Shown here: one piece after another, positions 34,077 through 43,252 of the stretch
Layout: every line of letters begins with the position of its first letter
Numbering within the stretch: the stretch's first letter is position 1
Assembly (NCBI GenBank): GCA_031551525.1
Contig: JAVBNN010000009.1
Span: forward strand, 1,120 to 65,119
Direction of reading: 5' to 3'
Source of the DNA: Acidaminococcales bacterium
GTDB lineage: Bacteria > Bacillota > Negativicutes > Acidaminococcales > JAISLQ01
DNA length: 64,000 nucleotides
Translations under genes and position numbers: made by a program
The notes under the pieces: generated by a model
What the model was told of the DNA's origin: nothing
Database searches by the model: none
What the model saw: only the letters and a program-made list of their open reading frames with translations

Positions 34077-35294
34077 ATGGGGGAAAAGGTGGCAGGCGCA
34101 CTCTCGGGAGTGAGAGTGCTGGATCTGACAAGAGTTTTGGCAGGTCCATTTTGTACGATGCTCCTTGGCGACATGGGAGCGGAGATCATAAAAATAGAAG
34201 AACCGGGAAAAGGTGACGATACCAGAGGCTATCCGCCATTCAAAGATGGTTTTAGCACTTATTTCGGCAATATGAATCGCGGCAAAAAAAGTATAACACT
34301 GGATCTAAAGAATGCAGAAGCGAAAAAAATTTTTCTATCTATGGTAGAAAAAGCCGATGTGGTCGTTGAAAACTATAAACCCGGCACTATGGATAAATTA
34401 GGCATAGGACACGAAGTACTGAAAAAAATCAATCCGATGATAATCTTTGCCTCGATATCCGGTTTTGGCCAGTTTGGACCATATAAAGACCGTCCGGGCT
34501 ACGATATCATAGGCCAGGCTATGGGTGGGCTGATGAGCGTGAGCGGCTGGCCGGACTCGCCGCCCACGAGGAGTGGAACGGCTATGGGCGACGTATTGGC
34601 GGGTCTGAATTGCTGTATTGGCATATTGGCCGCGCTGAAAGGGCGTGACGTTACCGGGAGAGGCCAGAGCGTCGATGTTTCACTGGTTGACTCGGTAGTT
34701 AGCGCCATGGAAACCATCATCCAGATATATTTGGTCGATGGGCGGGTACCGGGCAGAATAGGTAACCGTTATGAATTTATAGCGCCCTATGATACCTTTC
34801 AGGCCAAAGACGGCTGGGTAGTAGTCGCGGTGGGCAACAACGCAGTGTGGAAAAGATTTTGCACAGTTATTGGCCATGAAGAACTGATAGAACATCCGGA
34901 TTTAAAAAATAACGCCGACCGGGTGAACAACTACGGCAAAGTCACAGAGATCGTGTCAAACTGGGTCAAAGACAAAACTGTGGACGAAACGGTAGAACTC
35001 CTGCTCAAAAGCAGTATTCCTAGCGCGCCGATCAACGACGTGTCCCGTATAGTAAACGACCCGCATATAGCAGGGGCGCGGGAAATGTTTGTCGACATGG
35101 ACACACCGGGCGGGGGCAGTATGAAAGCGGTGGCCTGCCCGATAAAATTTTCGGAAACAAAAGCAGCTATATATAGCCCGCCACCTACTATCGGACAGCA
35201 CAATATACAAGTTTTACAAGAAGTATTGGGTTTAGAAACCAAACAAATAAATAAGTTAAATGAAAAAAGGATATTTGGCACTCAAACAATGTAA
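34077..35294 (+). CDS. Family III CoA-transferase (CaiB/BaiF/Frc type)
   Basis: LSGVRVLDLTRVLAGPFCTMLLGDMGAEIIKIEEPGKGDDTR...NRGKKSITLDLK...VVVENYKPGTMDKLG are family III hallmarks. Start at MGEKV (ATG 34077) behind CAGGAGGG. Confidence 0.88.
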   Translation: MGEKVAGALSGVRVLDLTRVLAGPFCTMLLGDMGAEIIKIEEPGKGDDTRGYPPFKDGFSTYFGNMNRGKKSITLDLKNAEAKKIFLSMVEKADVVVENYKPGTMDKLGIGHEVLKKINPMIIFASISGFGQFGPYKDRPGYDIIGQAMGGLMSVSGWPDSPPTRSGTAMGDVLAGLNCCIGILAALKGRDVTGRGQSVDVSLVDSVVSAMETIIQIYLVDGRVPGRIGNRYEFIAPYDTFQAKDGWVVVAVGNNAVWKRFCTVIGHEELIEHPDLKNNADRVNNYGKVTEIVSNWVKDKTVDETVELLLKSSIPSAPINDVSRIVNDPHIAGAREMFVDMDTPGGGSMKAVACPIKFSETKAAIYSPPPTIGQHNIQVLQEVLGLETKQINKLNEKRIFGTQTM

Positions 35295-35326
35295 AAAGCA
35301 TTTGTTTGTACTGAGGAGGGATAAAA

Positions 35327-36406
35327 TTGCAGGATTATAGTATCTCGTACCCCAAGAAAGTAATAATAGGTGATTTGACTATCCGGGATGGCTTGCAGCA
35401 CGAAGAAAAATTTATTTCTACGGACGCTAAGGTATACTATACCGAACAACTGATTTTAGCCGGTTTCAAGAGGATAGAGCTGACAAATCTAGGCAGCCCG
35501 GTAAACTTGCCGCAATTTAAAGACGCAGTGGATTTGTTGACACGGGTAATAAATAGCAGGGTACTGAAAAATGCTGGCATTAATATCAACGATATAGAAA
35601 TTACCGCTGTTACTATCAGGGAAAAAGCGGTAGATCGGGCCATAGAACTTAGAAAACAAGGTATTGGTCCCGACCGTATCTTGATGATGGTCTCGACAGA
35701 CGAGGAACACCACTTCGCCAATTCGGGCACTACCTTGACGGAATACTGGCGCGAAGCCGAACGCTGTATCAAAAAAGCGGCGGACGCCGGGATAAAAATG
35801 AACGGGACAGTTAGCACCATCTGGGGCAGCCCGATTTCCGGCCCGACCGACATGAAAGAAGCCATTGCTTTTACTAAACGTTGGTTAGATATAGGCGCCG
35901 CGGATGTAGAACATGCAGACCATGACGGCTCCGCTCCTCCCGACCAGACCTACCGGTACTTCTCCATGCTGTTGGATGCTATACCGCAGCCGGAAAAACA
36001 TTTGGCCCATTTCCACGCTACTCGTGGCTGGGGCCTGGCTAATGTGCTTGCAGCGCTTCAGGCAGGAATATGTGTGTTTGAAAGTACACTCGGCGGCATA
36101 GGCGGCCAGCCAGCCAACTTTATGGACGACTGTCCTATCCCCGGTACCGGCAGCTACTACTACAAAGACCCCAATACCGTAGGGCTGGTGAGCACGGAAG
36201 ACGTTGTAGTGATGATGGACGAGATGGGTATAGACACAGGGATAGATGTAGACAGACTGCTCAACTTGGGTCGGCTGTTCGAGAGGACTATAGGACGCAA
36301 GCTGCGTTCAGGCTCTATACACCACGGCAGAATACCGGAAGAAGCCAATGAAGAATATAAGAGAAAAGGCCTTAAAGAACGCAAGGAAAAACTTGGCGAA
36401 AAATAA
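35327..36406 (+). CDS. HMG-CoA-lyase-like (HMGL family) acyl-CoA lyase
   Basis: TIRDGLQHE at the N-terminus of a TIM-barrel-like sequence, then HFHATRGWGLANVLAALQAG and ESTLGGIGG. TTG start behind GAGGAGGG. Confidence 0.82.
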   Translation: MQDYSISYPKKVIIGDLTIRDGLQHEEKFISTDAKVYYTEQLILAGFKRIELTNLGSPVNLPQFKDAVDLLTRVINSRVLKNAGININDIEITAVTIREKAVDRAIELRKQGIGPDRILMMVSTDEEHHFANSGTTLTEYWREAERCIKKAADAGIKMNGTVSTIWGSPISGPTDMKEAIAFTKRWLDIGAADVEHADHDGSAPPDQTYRYFSMLLDAIPQPEKHLAHFHATRGWGLANVLAALQAGICVFESTLGGIGGQPANFMDDCPIPGTGSYYYKDPNTVGLVSTEDVVVMMDEMGIDTGIDVDRLLNLGRLFERTIGRKLRSGSIHHGRIPEEANEEYKRKGLKERKEKLGEK

Positions 36407-36459
36407 GGACAGGTTTTGCCGAGTAAAGCGTTGCGGAATAAAATGAAGGAGGATATATC

Positions 36460-37863
36460 GTGGATGTAATTATTATTCTGGCGTGCTTGTTTTTATTGAT
36501 GTATTTGTCATATAAAGGATTTTCTGTTATGTTGCTGGCGCCGACTTGCAGTCTTTTGGCTATTGCCCTCTTAGGCAAAACGGTATTACCGGCTTATTCA
36601 GAATTGTTCATGATAAAGACCGTAGGTTTTATTAAAAACTTTTTCCCGATATTTTTTCTGGGATCACTGTTTGGGCAACTTATGGGCGACAGCGGTTTTG
36701 CCCACAGCATTGCAAAAGCTATCATTACAAAAATCGGCAAAGACAAGGCTCTACTAGCGGTAGTATTGGCAGGAAATGTGCTGAGTTACGGCGGAGTAAG
36801 CGCTTTTGTAGTCATTTTTGCAATATATCCTTTTGCTACAGCGTTATATAGGGAAGCTGACATACCCAAAAGATTTATCATCGGCGCTATATTGCTAGGT
36901 TCATTCTGTGCCACCTTGGGTTGTTTGCCAGGTACGCCGCAGATACAAAACGTCATACCGGCAACTTACTTTATGACCAATATTTTTGCCGGACCGGGCA
37001 TCGGGATAGTGACTGGATTTGTATTATGGATAGTATTGTATTTTTATATGGCTTACCTACACAAAAAAGCTGCCGCAGCAGGCGAAGGCTATGGAATGGG
37101 ACATAAAAACGAGCCAGCTATCAAGGAAGATGAGAATGCAAACATAAACTGGTTGGTGGCTTTAGCACCTTTGGTAGTGGTGCTGGCGATAAACTTTTTC
37201 ATTACCTATTATATTTCATGGGATCCTAAGCTTTTAGATCCATATAAAGCCATGAAATTACCGATGTTGGCCAGCATAAAGAGTGTTCAAAGCTCATGGG
37301 CTCTGATCTGCGGTTTGTTCGTCGGAATACTGCTAACCATAGGCTTAGGCTGGAAAAACTTTGTCGACGGCTGGAAAGGTATAGTAAAATCACTGAATGC
37401 CGGAACGAATGGTTCGATTTTAGCAATCATGAACACTGCTTGCTTGGTCGGTTTCGGCAGTATAATTTCTACATCAGACGGTTTTAAAATAATCTTGGAC
37501 AGTTTGATGGCAATCAGGATAGGCGAGACGCCATTGTGGTCTATGGCAATAAGCATAAATCTTTTGGCGGCCATTACCGGTTCGGCCTCTGGTGGAGTGT
37601 CCATAGCATTAGATTTGATGGGTAAAGACTGGTTAGCTTGGGGGTTGAATAGCGGCGTTCCGGCCGAAGCGCTGACAAGGATAGCCGCCATAGCGTCGGG
37701 TGGCCTGAGCATGGTACCACATAATGGAGCACTGATAACAATGTTGACTGTCTGTGGGCTTACCCATAAGGAAACATACGGGCATGTGGCGGTAATATGT
37801 TTGATAAAGGGTTCGGCGGCATTCTTCGGGATATTGCTATATTATCTATTCGGCAGTTTTTAA
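36460..37863 (+). CDS. GntP-like organic-acid:H+ symporter (polytopic permease)
   Basis: 467 aa, highly hydrophobic. The N-terminus IIILACLFLLMYLSYKGFSVMLLAP..LLAIAL and FGQLMGDSGFAHSIAKAI resemble GntP/IT-superfamily carriers. The family call is by resemblance only. Confidence 0.6.
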   Translation: MDVIIILACLFLLMYLSYKGFSVMLLAPTCSLLAIALLGKTVLPAYSELFMIKTVGFIKNFFPIFFLGSLFGQLMGDSGFAHSIAKAIITKIGKDKALLAVVLAGNVLSYGGVSAFVVIFAIYPFATALYREADIPKRFIIGAILLGSFCATLGCLPGTPQIQNVIPATYFMTNIFAGPGIGIVTGFVLWIVLYFYMAYLHKKAAAAGEGYGMGHKNEPAIKEDENANINWLVALAPLVVVLAINFFITYYISWDPKLLDPYKAMKLPMLASIKSVQSSWALICGLFVGILLTIGLGWKNFVDGWKGIVKSLNAGTNGSILAIMNTACLVGFGSIISTSDGFKIILDSLMAIRIGETPLWSMAISINLLAAITGSASGGVSIALDLMGKDWLAWGLNSGVPAEALTRIAAIASGGLSMVPHNGALITMLTVCGLTHKETYGHVAVICLIKGSAAFFGILLYYLFGSF

Positions 37864-37922
37864 TATTGGGGGTAAGCGGGTGTAAAGCCTGATAATAACA
37901 AACATAACTGGAGGGATTATTT

Positions 37923-38297
37923 ATGAAAACGTACAAAAAAGTAACAATGAAAAATGTAGAAGTCTATTCGCCGCCCGGACACGGCGATACTTACAACAAG
38001 CGCCTCATTGGCCCTAAAGACGGCTCTATGCATGTCGAAGTGATACACGGGCAAATGGGCAACGTAGGCCACGCGGAACCGCATGTACACACGGAATTCG
38101 ATCAGTGCATGTATATGCTGACCGGTCGGCTGAGAGTTACTGGTGACGGAGAAGAAGTAGTTCTGGAAAAAGACGATTTCATTTTCTTCCCGAAAAACTC
38201 TTCGCATAAGGTGGTTTGCGAGACAGAAATAGCTACTTTTTTGGTAATATATGCCCCGCCGCGGGAAGCTTCCAGTGAAGCGGTCAACAAAGGCTGA
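37923..38297 (+). CDS. Cupin-domain protein
   Basis: 124 aa with the cupin metal motif GHAEPHVHTEFDQCMYMLTG...FFPKNSSHKV. Confidence 0.75.
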   Translation: MKTYKKVTMKNVEVYSPPGHGDTYNKRLIGPKDGSMHVEVIHGQMGNVGHAEPHVHTEFDQCMYMLTGRLRVTGDGEEVVLEKDDFIFFPKNSSHKVVCETEIATFLVIYAPPREASSEAVNKG

Positions 38298-38305
38298 TAT
38301 TACTG

Positions 38306-38344
38306 TAGGCTGCTGTCAAAAAATAGACAGCAGCCTATTTTTTA
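38306..38344 (+). terminator. Rho-independent terminator ending the sigma-54 operon
   Basis: TAGGCTGCTGTC (38306-38317), an 8-nt loop and GACAGCAGCCTA (38326-38337), followed by TTTTTT. Confidence 0.85.
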
Positions 38345-38470
38345 AAACGTTTGGATTTATTTTCCCGATATTGGTGTTCACAGTATGGTAAAATAAATAG
38401 GGTAAATATATTGGCTGCCTATAACATGCATTGCAACAGGCGATATTGTTTTTATTTTACGAGGTGTGAG

Positions 38471-39841
38471 ATGAAACGGGCAAAAGAATTTTTTGTGGAC
38501 AAAGAGACTATCGAGAGTTTGATAGGGGCGGTTTATGAAGGTATGCTTATCGCCGACCACGATGCAATTGTGCGTTATGTCAATGACAGTTATCTTGAAA
38601 TTGCCAATATAAAACGCGAAGATATAATAAATAAACCGCTGTCTGAAGTGCGGCCGGGCAGTGTGCTGCCGCAGGTGATAAGAACGGGTGAGGGCAGAGT
38701 CAATATATTTCGTAACGAAGGCGATACCGTATATGTAGTCGACCTCTCACCGATCAAAATGGACGGAAAGATCATCGGCGGGATATCGGTGGTCAAAGGC
38801 CTCGTACAGGCGCAAGAGTTGTCGAAAGAACTAGAAAAGTATATCGCTAAAACACAGGAACTGAAAGATACTGTGCACAGGGCATACCAGGCCTATTACA
38901 CTTTTGACGATATTGTCGGCGCTTCTGACGAATATAAAAAAGTCATAGCAATGGCGAAAAAAATGGCCGGGTATGACGAAGATGTGTTGATAATCGGCGA
39001 AAGCGGCACAGGAAAAGAATTGTTTGCCCACGCCATACATAACTACAGCCACAGGTTTTCCCAGCCGTTCGTAGCGGTAAACTGTTCTACACTTAGCCCG
39101 TCTTTGATCGAAAGCGAACTTTTCGGCTATAAAGCCGGCTCTTTTACCGGCGCTTTAAAAGGCGGCAAGGTAGGTTTGTTTTCTATTGCGGATAAAGGAA
39201 CTATTTTGTTGGATGAGATCGCCGAGTTGCCTCTTGAGATGCAAGCAAAATTCTTGCGGGTATTGCAGGAACGCAAGATAAGGCGGGTGGGCGACCTGCG
39301 GGAAGAAGACATAAATGTGCGCGTCATCGCGGCTACCAATAAGGATTTAAAGCAATTGACCAACGAAGGCAAATTCCGTGAAGACTTGTACTATCGTTTA
39401 TCGGCTATGACTTTAGAAGTGCCGAATCTGCAAAAAAGAAAAGACGACCTGAAATTGCTGGCCGATTACTTTTTGCATCAGTGGTGTAAACGGCGCAACC
39501 GGCAGGTGACTATAACCACGGAGGTGTACGAACGGATGAAGGAATACACCTGGCCGGGCAATGTGCGTGAACTGAAAAATGTCGTGCAGTTCTCCGCCTA
39601 TGCCAGTGAAAATAATATTATAACAGAACTGAATTTGCCTAAAACCACCTCTAAAGAGTCGGCAAGGGAAGAAACAAGCATCCCCCAGTATAACGGAAGA
39701 TTAAAAGACATCATTGCCGATACCGAGCGGCGAGTAATACATGATATGATCAAAAAATATGGCGACAGTGTAATCAACCGAAAACTGATCGCAGAAAAAC
39801 TGGGAATATCATTGGCGACTTTATATAATAAGGCCAAGTAA
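38471..39841 (+). CDS. Sigma-54-dependent transcriptional activator (PAS sensor, AAA+ domain, Fis-type HTH)
   Basis: PAS-like N-terminus (GMLIADHDAIVRYVNDSYLEI). AAA+ motifs GESGTGKE, ESELFGYKAGSFTGA (GAFTGA variant) and LLDEIAELPLEMQAKFLRVLQE. C-terminal HTH LIAEKLGISLATLYNK. Start moved to MKRAKEFF (ATG 38471). Confidence 0.9.
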   Translation: MKRAKEFFVDKETIESLIGAVYEGMLIADHDAIVRYVNDSYLEIANIKREDIINKPLSEVRPGSVLPQVIRTGEGRVNIFRNEGDTVYVVDLSPIKMDGKIIGGISVVKGLVQAQELSKELEKYIAKTQELKDTVHRAYQAYYTFDDIVGASDEYKKVIAMAKKMAGYDEDVLIIGESGTGKELFAHAIHNYSHRFSQPFVAVNCSTLSPSLIESELFGYKAGSFTGALKGGKVGLFSIADKGTILLDEIAELPLEMQAKFLRVLQERKIRRVGDLREEDINVRVIAATNKDLKQLTNEGKFREDLYYRLSAMTLEVPNLQKRKDDLKLLADYFLHQWCKRRNRQVTITTEVYERMKEYTWPGNVRELKNVVQFSAYASENNIITELNLPKTTSKESAREETSIPQYNGRLKDIIADTERRVIHDMIKKYGDSVINRKLIAEKLGISLATLYNKAK

Positions 39842-39856
39842 ATACCAAAAGCATAA

Positions 39857-39893
39857 TAAAATGACACTGGCCTTTTAAGCCAGTGTCATTTTT
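39857..39893. terminator. Bidirectional terminator between the activator gene and the convergent ABC ATPase
   Basis: ATGACACTGGC (39861-39871), a 7-nt loop and GCCAGTGTCAT (39879-39889), flanked by A and T runs. It overlaps the ATPase stop codon. Confidence 0.75.
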
Positions 39894-40650
39894 GCAGGAT
39901 GCTCTGTAAAAAAGCTTTTGTCCTCTCCTGCTGCGGTCGAGTAAATATATCCTGCGGAGGGCCTTCTTCCACGATCAGTCCTTTGTCCATGAATAGTACC
40001 CGGTCGGCCACATCACGGGCAAAGCCCATTTCGTGCGTTACTACGATCATGGTCATATGTTCTTCGGCTAGTTGGCGCATGGTTTTCAGTACTTCGCCGG
40101 TCAGTTCAGGGTCGAGCGCTGAGGTGGGTTCGTCAAACAGCATGATGTCCGGCTGCATAGCTAAGGCCCGGGCGATAGCCACCCGCTGCTTTTGTCCACC
40201 GGATATGCGGCTGGGGTAGCTGTTTTTCTTGTCTAAGAGTCCGACTTTTTCGAGCAGTTTTTCCGCTTGCGGCAGTACTTCATCCAGGGTGAAGCCTTTG
40301 ACCAGCATAGGCGGTTTTATGACGTTTTCAAGGACGGTGAAATGGGGGAAAAGATTGAAATGCTGAAATACCATGCCCATTTTTCCGCAGATGCGTTTGG
40401 CGGTTTTTTCTTCCGCATACCGTGCTTTGCCGTCCGGACCGGGCGAGACCAGCAACTCTCCTTCGATGAAGATAGCGCCGTTGTCAATGGTTTCCAAGCG
40501 GTTTAAGCAGCGCAAAAAGGTACTCTTGCCGGAACCGCTGGGGCCGATTATGGCGATTACTTCGCCTTGGCCGACTTTTAGCGAAACGCCTTTTAAGGCA
40601 GCCGTATCCTGAAAATTTTTATGTATGTCGCTTGCTTTTATCATATCCAT
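39886..40650 (-). CDS. Polar amino-acid ABC transporter ATP-binding protein (GlnQ type)
   Basis: [38 protein letters not shown] and VVTHEMGFA. Confidence 0.92.
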   Translation of the reverse strand: MDMIKASDIHKNFQDTAALKGVSLKVGQGEVIAIIGPSGSGKSTFLRCLNRLETIDNGAIFIEGELLVSPGPDGKARYAEEKTAKRICGKMGMVFQHFNLFPHFTVLENVIKPPMLVKGFTLDEVLPQAEKLLEKVGLLDKKNSYPSRISGGQKQRVAIARALAMQPDIMLFDEPTSALDPELTGEVLKTMRQLAEEHMTMIVVTHEMGFARDVADRVLFMDKGLIVEEGPPQDIFTRPQQERTKAFLQSILQK

Positions 40651-40665
40651 AAATCTATACCCACA

Positions 40666-41310
40666 TCATTCCTCATAAGCGGAATGCTTCTCTTCCAGTT
40701 TTTTGAACAGCCAGGTCAAAAGCAGTGTCATGCCAAGATAAAAGACGGCCGCCACCAAAAAGGGGGTAGTGTTGAAGTCGCGCTGCACAATGTTGCGTGT
40801 GCTGCGCATCAAGTCATTCATGGCGAGAACGTAGACCAGAGAAGTATCTTTTACTAGGGTGATTATTTCGTTGCTAATAGGCGGAAGCACATGGCGCACT
40901 ACCTGCGGCAGTATTATCTGGCGCATGGTTTGCGTATAAGTCATGCCTAGCGTTTTGGCCGCTTCATATTGGCCGCGGTCGATCGCCTGTATGCCGGCGC
41001 GGAATATTTCCGCAAAATAAGCGGCGTAATTTAACGCAAAAGCAATAAGCGCGGCAGAAAAGTCAGAGAGCATAATGCCGATGCCAGGCAGGGCAAAATA
41101 GAAAAACAATAGTTGGAGCATGAGCGGTGTTCCGCGCAGCAGCCAGATATAAAAACCGGTGGCGCCCGATAAAATACCGATTTTGGAAATGCGCATTAAA
41201 GAAAGCAGAAGCCCAAGCGGCAGAGAAAATATGATGGTGGCAAAAAATATTTGCATGGTTAGGGAAAAACCGCTTAAAAGTGGAGGGAAAATACTTAAAA
41301 TATATTCCAT
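40666..41310 (-). CDS. Polar amino-acid ABC transporter permease (HisM/GlnP type)
   Basis: 214 aa. The EAA loop reads EAAKTLGMTYTQTMRQIILPQVVRHVLPPISNEIITLVKDTSL. Confidence 0.9.
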   Translation of the reverse strand: MEYILSIFPPLLSGFSLTMQIFFATIIFSLPLGLLLSLMRISKIGILSGATGFYIWLLRGTPLMLQLLFFYFALPGIGIMLSDFSAALIAFALNYAAYFAEIFRAGIQAIDRGQYEAAKTLGMTYTQTMRQIILPQVVRHVLPPISNEIITLVKDTSLVYVLAMNDLMRSTRNIVQRDFNTTPFLVAAVFYLGMTLLLTWLFKKLEEKHSAYEE

Positions 41311-41373
41311 ACATATTTCTCCTGTTATAATACCTTAAAAGGCGGCGGCCAAAGGCCACCGCCTCAACACAAA

Positions 41374-42162
41374 TCATTTTACAATATTAGAACCAAACCA
41401 TTGAGTGGAGATTTTAGCGGAAGTACCGTCTTTTTTCATATCATCGAGAGCTTTTTGCAGTTTGGCCATCAAGTCTTTGTCTTCTTTTCTGAGGCCGACG
41501 CCATATTCTTCTGTGCCGAAGTTTTCAACCAACACAGCATATTGTCCAGGTTTTTTCGCAGTATAGTAGCGGCCGACTATTTCGTCTATGACCACCGCGT
41601 CAAGGCGTCCAGCGTCAAGATCCATCAGGGTGGCAATAAAGTCGCCGTACTTTTTGAAGTCTTTAAAAGATTTTAAGATATTTGGTTCTTTTTCAACCGC
41701 GTCAACACTGGTGCTGCCTTCCTGAGTGCCCACTACTTTACCTTTCAGATCGGCTTTGGTCTTGATCGTAGAGCCGCTTTTTACTATCACGATCTGGCGG
41801 TTTTCCATGTAGGGTTTGCTAAAAGCAATTTTTTCCTTGCGTTTTTCGGTTATAGTCAAGCCGTTCCAAAGCATGTCCACGCGTTTGCTGGTGATTTCGG
41901 CTTCCTTGCTATTCCAGTCGATGGGTTTGAATTCTGCCTCTGATCCGATGCGCTTAGCAGCCTCTTTGGCCATATCGATATCAAAACCGACCAGTTTGCC
42001 GTCTTTGTCCCTAAAGCCCATTGGCGGGAAATTGTCATCAAGACCGATCACGATCTTCTTTGGTGCGGCGGCAGGTTTTGCCGCTGGTTTGCTGTCGCCG
42101 CAACCTGCGGCCAAGCTGGCCATGATAAATACTGCTATTGAAGCTAAAAAAATTTTTTTCAA
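41374..42162 (-). CDS. Polar amino-acid ABC transporter substrate-binding lipoprotein (family 3 SBP)
   Basis: Lipobox LAAGCG, then GLDDNFPPMGFRDKDGKLVGFDIDMAKEAAKR...IDWNSKEAEITSKRVDMLWNGLTIT. Confidence 0.9.
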   Translation of the reverse strand: MKKIFLASIAVFIMASLAAGCGDSKPAAKPAAAPKKIVIGLDDNFPPMGFRDKDGKLVGFDIDMAKEAAKRIGSEAEFKPIDWNSKEAEITSKRVDMLWNGLTITEKRKEKIAFSKPYMENRQIVIVKSGSTIKTKADLKGKVVGTQEGSTSVDAVEKEPNILKSFKDFKKYGDFIATLMDLDAGRLDAVVIDEIVGRYYTAKKPGQYAVLVENFGTEEYGVGLRKEDKDLMAKLQKALDDMKKDGTSAKISTQWFGSNIVK

Positions 42163-42374
42163 AATATACGCCTCCTTGATTTTATCTTTCTCTACTATGT
42201 TACTTTAATATATTAAAATGGTAAATGATAGTAAATATGCATTATTTTGCCACAAACTCTATTTTTCTTCTTCAAACTCCTTTTTTCAATGAAATTCATA
42301 GTATGTTACAAAAAACAACAAAAAATATAAAAATTCCCCGGTTGAAAAATATAACAATGTAGTGTATATTAAAA

Positions 42375-42503
42375 GTCGACGATTTTTATCCGAATCCATT
42401 TTAAATGGTACGGGGGACCCACTAACTGGGGTGAAGTTTCCAAATTATGGAAATAGAGCGGCTCCTTGCTCGAACCCGACAGCTAACCCCGGAGGAGAAG
42501 GGA
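42375..42503 (+). ncRNA. c-di-AMP riboswitch (ydaO-yuaA motif)
   Basis: Conserved blocks CCGAATCC (42390-42397), ACGGGGGACCCA (42410-42421), GGGGTGAA (42428-42435) and CGAACCCGACAGCTAACC (42471-42488), in the pseudo-symmetric order typical of ydaO. It lies immediately upstream of an NlpC/P60 gene, a classic genomic context. Ends are approximate. Confidence 0.85.
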
Positions 42504-42514
42504 GTAAAAGCAGT

Positions 42515-43189
42515 ATGTATGTTTCGCGTTTTTGTCTGGCAATAGTTTTTTTCGCATCGTGTTTTTGTCTGTCTTTTGCCAATCCCGGTGAGGCTTTCTA
42601 CCGGACGGGCGATCGGGGGCCTGAAGTTCAGGAAATACAGGTCAGGCTGAAAAAATTAGGTTATGAGATAGGAACTGTCGACGGTGTTTTCGGCGGTAAT
42701 ACCGCCAAAGCGGTGAAAACCTTCCAGACAGTCACAGGTATAGATGTTGATGGCGTAGTGGGCGAGCAGACTTTCCGCAAGCTCATGGAACGTGACATGC
42801 CGCCCAGTCGGGCCGGTATGGTGAACACGCTGAGGCGGCTGATTTCCTCGGCGCTTAGTTATCAGGGCGTTCCGTATGTATTTGGCGGAATATCCCCATA
42901 TGGTTTTGATTGTTCGGGTTATACCAAGTATGTGTTTGCCCAGGCCGGCATAGATTTGCCGCGCATGGCCGATGACCAGTTCTACGCTACCCGTGAGATT
43001 GCAAAAAGTGAGTTGTCCCGTGGCGACCTGGTTTACTTTACTACATACACCCCCGGCATTTCGCATGTAGGCATTTACCTTGGCAACGACCAGTTCATCA
43101 GCGCTACCTCCAGCGCGGGTATCGCGATACGTTCGCTGTACGACAGCTACTGGGGGCCGCGTTATGTGGCGGCAAGCCGGGTCATTTAG
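42515..43189 (+). CDS. Secreted cell-wall hydrolase: peptidoglycan-binding domain 1 plus NlpC/P60 endopeptidase
   Basis: Start moved to MYVSRFCLAIVFFASCFCLSFA (signal peptide; ATG 42515), because 42362-42514 is the riboswitch. PG_binding_1 GDRGPEVQEIQVRLKKLGYEIGTVDGVFGGNTAKAVKTFQ. NlpC/P60 YVFGGISPYGFDCSGYTKYVF...ISHVGIYLG. Confidence 0.9.
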   Translation: MYVSRFCLAIVFFASCFCLSFANPGEAFYRTGDRGPEVQEIQVRLKKLGYEIGTVDGVFGGNTAKAVKTFQTVTGIDVDGVVGEQTFRKLMERDMPPSRAGMVNTLRRLISSALSYQGVPYVFGGISPYGFDCSGYTKYVFAQAGIDLPRMADDQFYATREIAKSELSRGDLVYFTTYTPGISHVGIYLGNDQFISATSSAGIAIRSLYDSYWGPRYVAASRVI

Positions 43190-43252
43190 GAAAAAATACA
43201 GCAGACTGGCGCTAGATGTTAGCAGCCAGTCTGTTTTATATTTTACGACACA

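Noticed and set aside
42238-42260. Sigma-54-like motif TGGCAAAATAATGCAT on the minus strand, upstream of the amino-acid ABC transporter
   Set aside because: The GG and GC dinucleotides are separated by 9 nt instead of the required 10, and the -12 element lacks the TTGC context. It is probably a chance match in AT-rich DNA.
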